A stretch of DNA of 44,636 bases from contig JANMNF010000155.1 in assembly GCA_031373765.1 (NCBI GenBank), forward strand, positions 1-44,636, in the 5' to 3' direction. Source of the stretch: Chloroflexota bacterium. Its GTDB lineage: Bacteria > Chloroflexota > Limnocylindria > Limnocylindrales > CSP1-4. Both the position numbers and the translations under genes were made by a program. The notes under the pieces were generated by a model. The model saw nothing but the letters and a program-made list of their open reading frames with translations, did no database searches and was not told the DNA's origin. Numbering within the stretch: position 1 is the stretch's first letter; the number at the start of each line of letters is the position of its first letter. Positions 38,238-44,636 of the stretch are shown here, piece by piece.

Positions 38238-39003
38238 GTCGTCCGTCCTCGATCTCTGTTGCGAGGCGGGACTGCGCGACGACGCGATGTCCGAGGTAGC
38301 GGCAATACGACTCGCGCTGGGCCGTCGGGTCGCCCACGACGCGGTCGCTGCCAAGAAGGTCATCCGGGACGGCCGAAACCGCGTTCGCGATGGCCGATCT
38401 CGTCACCCGCGGGGCCATGCGCTCATGGGCTTTCACCAGCGAACCGGCGCGCGGGAGCAGAACGTGGTCCCGAATCGTCGGGAGGGCACGCTCGGCGTGG
38501 GCGTCGGGGTCAGTCCAGGTGTGGTGCACGTAGAGGGCGGCTCCGTGATCAATCAGGTAGAGGCGGCGGTGCCACGTGAGGATATTCGGGTTGCGCGGCG
38601 AGCGGTCGCTGTTCGTGACGAGCGAATCGAACCAGACGACATCGGCGCTGAAGTCCGGGTCGGCACTCGCGTCCGCCATCGGGCTGTAGGTCAGGGAGCC
38701 CGGCAGGTAATCGAGCCCGACATTGATCCCGGGGCTGGCGATCAGCAGCTCGCGTACCCATGGATCCGGTTCGTCGGCAGCGAGCACGGGATCGACATCG
38801 ATCAGCACAATCTCCGGGACGGGAAGACCGATGGCCCGGCCGAGTTCGCCGGCGATGATCTCGGCCACCAGCGCTCGCGGGCCCTGGGCCGCGCCACGAA
38901 ACTTGACGACGTAGAGGCCGTCATCGTCAGCCTCGACGAGACCCGGCAGCGAGCCGCCTTCTCGAAACGGCGTGACATAGCGCGTGGCTCGAACGGTGCG
39001 CAT
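38227..39003 (-). CDS. HipA-like kinase (HipA_2 type)
   Basis: RYVTPFREGGSLP, YVVKFRGA.QG, N.DR..RNPN.L (catalytic loop), LIDHG (Mg-binding). Confidence 0.88.
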   Translation of the reverse strand: MRTVRATRYVTPFREGGSLPGLVEADDDGLYVVKFRGAAQGPRALVAEIIAGELGRAIGLPVPEIVLIDVDPVLAADEPDPWVRELLIASPGINVGLDYLPGSLTYSPMADASADPDFSADVVWFDSLVTNSDRSPRNPNILTWHRRLYLIDHGAALYVHHTWTDPDAHAERALPTIRDHVLLPRAGSLVKAHERMAPRVTRSAIANAVSAVPDDLLGSDRVVGDPTAQRESYCRYLGHRVVAQSRLATEIEDGRHVR

Positions 39004-39082
39004 CGGGTGATGATGACGGGGCCAGCGAGTTCCAGCCGTGGACTCCGCCCGCGTTGGCGGTGCGATGGGCTAGGCTGCCGTG

Positions 39083-39967
39083 ATGGCACCGCGCAAGACC
39101 AGATCAGATGGTGACCCCGACGGAGGGGTGAAGGCAGGTGGCAGCGAGGTCGCTGGACAACGTGCGAAGCCAAAGGCAGCTTCCAAGCCGCCGCCGGACC
39201 CCATGGAACTCCGACGACAGGCGGCCGGGCGCCACGCGACCGGCGACGGCCGATTCGTCGTTGAGCAGTCGTCCAATGGCTGGATGGTCACGGACGCAGA
39301 ACGTACCAATGAACTCGGCCTGCCGCTCGTGCGTGGCCCGTTCGCCACGCTCGTCGCGGCGCGAGAGGCGGTCACGGCCGCCCGATCGGGTCCGTTGCCG
39401 ATCTCGAACCTCGCCGATCGGATCGCCGCGATCCCGAAACAACGCCCTCGTCCGTCCGTGCCGGCGCGGGGTAGGGGAGCGAACCGCGAACCCGTCGCAC
39501 CGCCGCCGCCTGTGGTCCGCGAGTTCCGGTCGCGCGATGGCGATGGCCTCCGATCCCTGTGGGCTGCAGGGGATGCCGGCGCGATTGATATCGACGACAT
39601 GCGCCTCCGAAAGTTCGCCCAACGGAACCCAGGCACGTTTATCGTCGTCGCCCAGGGCGATTTGGTGATCGGTGCGGGCCTCGGCGGCTGGGATGGGCGG
39701 TTCGGCTGGCTGCACCTTGTGGCCATCGCGCGCGACCACCGGCGGATGGGCCTTGGGACCCAACTGGTCCGGCGGATCGAGCGTGGGCTCGAGACGACCG
39801 GTTGCCGTCGGGTGCGGGTCATCGATGAGGGTAGCCCGAGCGACCTGGCCTTCTGGGACGAAATTGGCTACCAGCGTGACGAGGCCGGCTACCTGGCGCG
39901 GGAGATCGGTGCGGGATCGCCAGGCGCCGCGGATGCCGACGGACCGACGGAGTCGTCACGGGACTGA
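39083..39967 (+). CDS. GNAT N-acetyltransferase with an unknown N-terminal domain
   Basis: C-terminal half: G..L.GWDGRFGWL..VAI..DHRRMGLG..L, FW...GY. Confidence 0.8.
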   Translation: MAPRKTRSDGDPDGGVKAGGSEVAGQRAKPKAASKPPPDPMELRRQAAGRHATGDGRFVVEQSSNGWMVTDAERTNELGLPLVRGPFATLVAAREAVTAARSGPLPISNLADRIAAIPKQRPRPSVPARGRGANREPVAPPPPVVREFRSRDGDGLRSLWAAGDAGAIDIDDMRLRKFAQRNPGTFIVVAQGDLVIGAGLGGWDGRFGWLHLVAIARDHRRMGLGTQLVRRIERGLETTGCRRVRVIDEGSPSDLAFWDEIGYQRDEAGYLAREIGAGSPGAADADGPTESSRD

Positions 39968-40014
39968 CGCGGACCGGGTCAAGTTCGTGCCGGGACCAGG
40001 AGTTCGGGCCGGAG

Positions 40015-40206
40015 TCAGGGTTTCGCGCGGGGGCCCGTTTGACGTCGACGTTTCGGCAGCTCGATGGCTGCCTTCGCCTGCTTGTCCTGGATCTGCTTGA
40101 AGACCTTGCCCATGCCGGGCTTCATGAGCGCTCGGCTCTCGGCATCGAGGTCCTGGTCCCGCCGGCGGATCCGCTCCGCCTCCCGCGGGTCAACGTCCTC
40201 GGACAT
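40015..40206 (-). CDS. Hypothetical 63-aa charged protein
   Basis: ATG lies 3 nt after the DUF1304 stop on the same strand; GC-typical codon usage; fills the gap. Confidence 0.55.
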   Translation of the reverse strand: MSEDVDPREAERIRRRDQDLDAESRALMKPGMGKVFKQIQDKQAKAAIELPKRRRQTGPRAKP

Positions 40207-40209
40207 CGG

Positions 40210-40593
40210 TCAGGCGACGAGCCAGGTCACGAGGACCGTGATGGCAGGTGGGACGATCTGGATCAGGGCCGCGCGCAGGAACTTGCGATTGTTACCGATG
40301 AGCACCACGCCGGCGGCGACCATGGAACCGCACGCGAACATGACGATCGCGCGGCCGGGTGCCAGTTCATCGGTGGCGAGCAGCGACAGGCCGACGAGCA
40401 CACCGATGGCCAGGAATAAGTTGTAGAAACCCTGGTTGAAGGCGAATGAGCGAATGATCGCCGCGTGTTCAGGAGACTTCAGCCCGAACCGTGCCCAGAC
40501 GGCCGGGCGCATGAACCAGACGCTCTCGAGCAGAAAGAAATAGGCATGGATCCCCATGGCTATCAGCGCGGCGGCGATTGCGATCGGGTGCAT
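40210..40593 (-). CDS. DUF1304 membrane protein
   Basis: H.YFF.LES..F, NQGFYNLFLA.G, AAL.Q..P; about four hydrophobic segments. Confidence 0.9.
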   Translation of the reverse strand: MHPIAIAAALIAMGIHAYFFLLESVWFMRPAVWARFGLKSPEHAAIIRSFAFNQGFYNLFLAIGVLVGLSLLATDELAPGRAIVMFACGSMVAAGVVLIGNNRKFLRAALIQIVPPAITVLVTWLVA

Positions 40594-40679
40594 TCGGGCA
40601 GCATAGACTGGTGCTTCGAGGTGCAGCGGGGCCGCGGGCAGATCGTCTCCGTCCGCGCAGATCCTGACGGAGGGAAGCC

Positions 40680-41180
40680 ATGGGAATTGCCGAGAGTGTT
40701 GCGAATGCGAGCGCCTACCTGACTTCGCACCCGGACGAGGCGCGTTATCGCGACGGCGCCGCGACGGCGAGCCTGGAGTCCGGTCTTCGGGTTTCCGTGG
40801 CCGGACCTGCGGGCGAGTCCCTCACGACGGACATGCCATCCGGAATCGGTGGCGGGAATTCGGCCCCATCGCCCGGCTGGTACCTGAGAGCCGCAACGGC
40901 TGCCTGTGTCGCGTCGCTGATCGGGATCCGAGCCGCTGCGACCGGGACGATATGCGATGGCGTCGAGGTGATCGCTGATAGTGAATCGGACGACCGTGGG
41001 ATTCTCGGGCTGGCCGAGGACATTCCAGCTGGCCCGCTGTCGGTCCGGATCGTCATCTCGATCCAGTCGAGTGCAGATTCGGCGGATATCGAGGCGCTCG
41101 CTCACTGGGCAGTGGCTCACTGTCCCGTTTCCGACGCCGTCGCGAGGGCGGTCCCGGTCGAGATCGTCGTAACGGCGTAG
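40680..41180 (+). CDS. OsmC/Ohr family protein
   Basis: TDMP..IGG..SAPSPG......AAC ... HCPVSD, two conserved Cys; SD GGAGG. Confidence 0.88.
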   Translation: MGIAESVANASAYLTSHPDEARYRDGAATASLESGLRVSVAGPAGESLTTDMPSGIGGGNSAPSPGWYLRAATAACVASLIGIRAAATGTICDGVEVIADSESDDRGILGLAEDIPAGPLSVRIVISIQSSADSADIEALAHWAVAHCPVSDAVARAVPVEIVVTA

Positions 41181-41214
41181 TAGCCCTGCCCAGCGATCAC
41201 TCACGAGGCTTGCC

Positions 41215-41928
41215 ATGGCAACCGAGACTGCGAGATTTCAAGGGTTCACCCCGACGGCGATCCAGTTTCTCGTCGATCTCGCCGCGAACAACGAGCGGAG
41301 CTGGTTCCAGCCGCGCAAAGCCGAGTACGAGGGCCTGCTGAAGGAGCCGATGGAGCAGCTCGTGGCAGCCCTCGCCGAGCGGTTTGCGGCCGCCGATCTG
41401 CCATTGCTCGCCGATCCGAAGCGTTCCCCGTTCCGGATCTATCGCGACACGCGGTTCAGCAAGGACAAGTCGCCGTACAAGACGCACATGGCGGCGAGCT
41501 TTCCCTGGCTTTCCTTGTCGGCCGCAGGCCACGCTGATGAGGGCGACCACCCGCACGGAAACGGTGGCTACTTCAACTTCATGCCCGGCGAGATGTACGT
41601 CGGAGGTGGCATGTGGATGCCGGACAAGTCACGCCTTGATGGATTTCGGCGGGCGCTTGTCGACGAGCCGGGACGCGTTACGGCAGCGATCGAGGATGGC
41701 GAGTTTCTGGCCGCGTTCGACGGGGTCAACAGCCACGAGATGTACAAGCGTGTCCCGCCCGGCTGGCCGGCCGATCATCCGAAAGCGGACATGTTCCGGT
41801 GGAAGGACGTGGTCTTCGGACGCCGACTCTCGGACGACGATGTGTGCTCGCCGGACCTGCCCGATCAGCTGACCGCGGCGTATTCCGCCGCCATGCCGGT
41901 GTTTCGCTTCCTCGAGACGCTTCGCTGA
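41215..41928 (+). CDS. DUF2461 family protein
   Basis: F.GF......FL.DL..NN.R.WF...K..Y, FRIYRDTRFSKDKSPYKT, GGG.W.P. Confidence 0.93.
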   Translation: MATETARFQGFTPTAIQFLVDLAANNERSWFQPRKAEYEGLLKEPMEQLVAALAERFAAADLPLLADPKRSPFRIYRDTRFSKDKSPYKTHMAASFPWLSLSAAGHADEGDHPHGNGGYFNFMPGEMYVGGGMWMPDKSRLDGFRRALVDEPGRVTAAIEDGEFLAAFDGVNSHEMYKRVPPGWPADHPKADMFRWKDVVFGRRLSDDDVCSPDLPDQLTAAYSAAMPVFRFLETLR

Positions 41929-41987
41929 CGCTCAGTGGAGGGCGCGGCCCGGGGACGCTCGGGATCGTGTGGCCCGGGGGGCTCGGG

Positions 41988-42251
41988 TCAGCCGCCCGAA
42001 ACCGCCGGAATGATGTGCACGACCGCGTCATCGGCGACGTCGGCATCGAGGCCGGAGCGCGCGCCATCGACGTAGACGTTCAGATGGGTGCGCAGGACCG
42101 GCCCCGAATCGACAAGTCGGTTGCGGATCCCGGGGACCTGTTGGTCAAGACTGTCGATCACGCCGGCAACAGTCGCCCCCGTCACCGCAAGCCGCCGCGG
42201 CGCTCCGGGGAAGAGCGCGACGAGTGAACGAGGCAGGTGAACGTCGGCCAC
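41988..42251 (-). CDS. MoaD/ThiS ubiquitin-like (beta-grasp) protein
   Basis: V.LP..L, G.TV..V...L....PG, NVYVDG, C-terminal IIPAVSGG. Confidence 0.93.
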   Translation of the reverse strand: MADVHLPRSLVALFPGAPRRLAVTGATVAGVIDSLDQQVPGIRNRLVDSGPVLRTHLNVYVDGARSGLDADVADDAVVHIIPAVSGG

Positions 42252-42262
42252 CGGCGCTTCGA

Positions 42263-43336
42263 TCAGTCCAGGATCGCGATGTCGACCGACCAGATCGGAG
42301 GCAGGTTCTCCGCCACGAGGCTCCAGGATCGCCCTTCGTCACGGCTGCCGTAGACCTGCCCGTTCGCTGTGCCGAAGTACACGCCGACGGGATCGAGCCG
42401 GTCCGCGGCCATGGCCTCGCGGAGAACGCCGATGAAGGCATCCTTCTGGGGCAGGCCATCGCCGGATCTGGTCCACGAGTCGCCGCCATCGTTGGTGCGC
42501 CATACGGCGGCGCTGCCATCCGGGACGTATCGACCGAGCTCGGCGCCATTGAGCGGGATGGTCCAGACGGTCATCGGATCGCGCGGATGGGGGGCTATCG
42601 GGAACCCGAAGTCGGACGGGAGACCAGCGGTGATCTCGTCCCAGGTCTTGCCGCCGTTGAGGGATCGATAGACGCCGCAGTGGTTCTGTTGGTAAAGGTG
42701 CTCACCACCATCGGCCGCCATGACGAGCTTGTGGACGCACTGGCCGTACTCGGGGTACTTGTCCGGCGAGAATTCCGCGCGGACACCCTTGTTCCGGGTT
42801 TCCCACGTCAACCCGCCATCCTGCGTCTCGAATGCCCCGACGGACGAGATCCCGACCCATACGCGATCAGGGTCGGTTCGATGCGGGACGATCGAGTGAA
42901 GAATCAGACCGCCGGCGCCGCCGACCCATTCCGATCGAGTCGGGTGGTTGGTGAGACCCTCGATGTGCTCCCAGGTCGCACCCTCATCGCGGCTGCGGAA
43001 CAGGCCGGCAGGCTCGACGCCGGCGTAGATCACGCCTTCGGCCGCCGTCACGTTCCAGACGGTCTTGAGCTTGGGTCCATCGTCGCCGTAGGTCAGGCCC
43101 TCGCTCGAGTGGGTCCAGGTCGCGCCGACGTCATCGCTGCGCCAGACCGCGGGTCCATACCAGGGACTGCCGCCGCCGGCCAGGATCGCGCCGGTCGCAG
43201 CGTCCACGGAGATGTCGTGGATCGGCCACGCGTCGCACATCGGTCCGCGAAGGGACCACTCGCGTCTGTCCGTGTCGCCGTCGATGATGAAGGCGCCTTT
43301 GGGCGTTCCGATGAGCAGGGCCACTCGATGGGACAT
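42263..43336 (-). CDS. BNR/Asp-box repeat beta-propeller protein (WD40/YVTN/sialidase-like)
   Basis: Repeated S/T-x-D-x-G-x-T/S-W Asp-boxes (SDDVGATW, SRDEGATW, TQDGGLTW, SLNGGKTW, TNDGGDSW, SRDEGRSW); no signal peptide. Confidence 0.9.
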   Translation of the reverse strand: MSHRVALLIGTPKGAFIIDGDTDRREWSLRGPMCDAWPIHDISVDAATGAILAGGGSPWYGPAVWRSDDVGATWTHSSEGLTYGDDGPKLKTVWNVTAAEGVIYAGVEPAGLFRSRDEGATWEHIEGLTNHPTRSEWVGGAGGLILHSIVPHRTDPDRVWVGISSVGAFETQDGGLTWETRNKGVRAEFSPDKYPEYGQCVHKLVMAADGGEHLYQQNHCGVYRSLNGGKTWDEITAGLPSDFGFPIAPHPRDPMTVWTIPLNGAELGRYVPDGSAAVWRTNDGGDSWTRSGDGLPQKDAFIGVLREAMAADRLDPVGVYFGTANGQVYGSRDEGRSWSLVAENLPPIWSVDIAILD

Positions 43337-43423
43337 TCGAGCCTCCGGGGTCAGTGGGTCGTTCGACTGAATCTACCCGAGGATGGCGCAATCGGTTCGG
43401 TCTCGATCCGCGCTCGGTGCCGA

Positions 43424-43525
43424 AGCTCGGGCGCGGTGCCAGGCTCGGGCTCGGCGCTTGGGCTCGGGCGCGGGGTGGGGCTCGGGCTCGGCGTTTGGGC
43501 TCGGCGTTTGGGCTCGGCGCTTGGG
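43424..43525. repeat. Degenerate tandem repeat of GGGCTC / GGGCTCGGCG(T/C)TT units
   Basis: About eight GCTCGG cores, including three consecutive 13-mers, in the intergenic region. Confidence 0.8.
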
Positions 43526-43557
43526 TCCCGGCTATGGCCTGGGCGCATTGCTCCGGT

Positions 43558-43956
43558 CTAGGGCTTCTTGTTCCCGCCATTGCGCAGGTGCGGACTGCCG
43601 CCGTCACGCGACGCACGAACCTCGGACGGACGAGAGATCTCGGCCGGTCGATGCCAGCGCAGCGGGCGGGCTAGTTCGCGGACGACTTCGCCCTTGGCTT
43701 CAAGATCGAGCTGAACGGCCTTGGACCACCAACCAGCACGCTCGCCTCCCGGGAACAGGTCCTGCGGGAGGAGCGGGACCACGGCATCGCGCATTTGCTG
43801 TTCCGTGAACCCAGGCTTCATGGCCGGAAGCGCTGCAAGGAGCGCATCACGCATCGCGCGGTACTTGTCGCCATCCACGGGCGTGCTCTTGCCCGGATGG
43901 TTGACGTTCTCGATCCTGACGCGATCGGGGAGTGGGGCTGGTTGTGCTTTGGGCAT
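43558..43956 (-). CDS. DUF6958-like protein
   Basis: ENVNHPGK...VD..KY.AMR.A.L..LP, LFPGG..AGWW.KAVQLDLEAKG; SD GGAGG. Confidence 0.75.
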   Translation of the reverse strand: MPKAQPAPLPDRVRIENVNHPGKSTPVDGDKYRAMRDALLAALPAMKPGFTEQQMRDAVVPLLPQDLFPGGERAGWWSKAVQLDLEAKGEVVRELARPLRWHRPAEISRPSEVRASRDGGSPHLRNGGNKKP

Positions 43957-44040
43957 TCGATCCTCCGGGGTTCGAGAGTACTCCAGGGTGGGTTTGAGCG
44001 GGCTCGCCTTGTTCGGTGCCGGGTCTCGGCGCGGCGCGGC

Positions 44041-44295
44041 TTAGCGGCCGAGCTCGCGACTCAGGAGGCCCGGTTTGAAGTCCGTTTCCTTCACGAGGTT
44101 CCCGGATCGATCGAATGTCCGCCATACACCGACCTGTTGGCCCCGCTCGAAGGTGCCGGCCCGCATCACGCTGCCATCCTTCCGATAGAACTCCCAGGCG
44201 CCGTGCATCTCGCCATCGAGCTTGAAGCCCTGCCACTGGATGGCGCCGGACGCGTAGTACGAATTCTCGGGCACGGGCTTCTTCGTTGAGGGCAT
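44041..44295 (-). CDS. Small MORN-variant repeat protein (YwqK-like)
   Basis: MPSTKK...YYASG...G..HG.W.FY..DG....G.F..G..VG.W..FD..G. ATG 44295 chosen; the ORF track's extension to 44568 runs through repeats. Confidence 0.8.
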   Translation of the reverse strand: MPSTKKPVPENSYYASGAIQWQGFKLDGEMHGAWEFYRKDGSVMRAGTFERGQQVGVWRTFDRSGNLVKETDFKPGLLSRELGR

Positions 44296-44354
44296 ATGCG
44301 GATTATCAGGGACTGTGGAGTTTCTGGTCACATGCAACCTGGGCGGCGTTCGCC

Positions 44355-44382
44355 CCGACCGGCTCCGACCGGCTCCGACCGG
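44355..44382. repeat. 10-bp tandem repeat CCGACCGGCT x3
   Basis: CCGACCGG at 44355, 44365 and 44375. Confidence 0.85.
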
Positions 44383-44480
44383 ATCAGGGGCATCCTTTCC
44401 TGCCATTACGACATCCCGGGTCGCCACGGCACACAGCCGGGCCTTCAGTGACGGTCCGAGGCCCGGCCGAGCCTTCCGAT

Positions 44481-44537
44481 TCGTGCAGGCTCGTGCAGGC
44501 TCGTGCCGATTCGTGCTGACTCGTGCTCGGTTCGTGC
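44481..44537. repeat. Phased TCGTGC repeat x6 with 10-11 bp period
   Basis: TCGTGC at 44481, 44491, 44501, 44511, 44521 and 44532, with variable 4-5 nt spacers. Confidence 0.9.
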
Positions 44538-44636
44538 CGTACCGCGCCCCGTAGGCTTGGTGAAGCACCCGATTTCGACGAACTTGTCCGCCTCACCGAC
44601 CGTGCATGTCGATCTGGCATACAGCCGAGCTTTCAC

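Noticed and set aside
37936-39114. 392-aa plus-strand ORF, and the 445-aa ORF at 42224-43561
   Set aside because: Antisense shadows of the kinase/DUF3037 pair and of the propeller gene.
43424-44537. Repeat tracts as a possible CRISPR array
   Set aside because: Units are 6-13 bp with no 25-45 bp unique spacers, and there are no cas genes in the window.
1-44636. tRNA, rRNA, tmRNA, SRP RNA, IS or prophage genes
   Set aside because: Intergenic gaps are short and show no cloverleaf or T-loop context that I could support; no transposase, integrase or phage structural motifs were seen.

Overview
High-GC bacterial chromosomal window. Gene order and protein style suggest Chloroflexota, possibly a Limnocylindria-like lineage (inference only). 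Positions 1-37840 form an almost continuous + strand housekeeping run: ffh(3' part)-DUF3352-rpsP-khpA-rimM-trmD-rplS-rnhB-yraN-rpsB-tsf-pyrH-frr-uppS-cdsA-dxr-rseP-ispG-nusA-ylxR-infB-rbfA-nrnA-truB-ribF-rpsO-pnp-asd-udg-rnj-ftsK-rodZ-cinA-murC-like-SnoaL-yajQ-small ORF-ThDP enzyme-J-domain protein. Positions ~37850-44636 hold small accessory genes on both strands (HipA-like kinase/DUF3037 pair, GNAT, DUF1304, OsmC, DUF2461, ThiS/MoaD plus BNR beta-propeller pair, DUF6958, MORN-variant protein) and short tandem repeats. The most striking observation is that the core polynucleotide phosphorylase (860 aa) carries a complete DEDDh (DnaQ-like) 3'-5' exonuclease domain, with all five catalytic residues present, inserted in frame inside its alpha-helical domain. 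Other oddities are an RNase HII with GRG replaced by GVA, a RibF with a degenerate kinase half, a ylxR gene with no canonical start codon, and a rimP-type leader with no rimP. I found no rRNA, tRNA, CRISPR array or transposase. All family calls come from motif recognition by eye; no database search was run.
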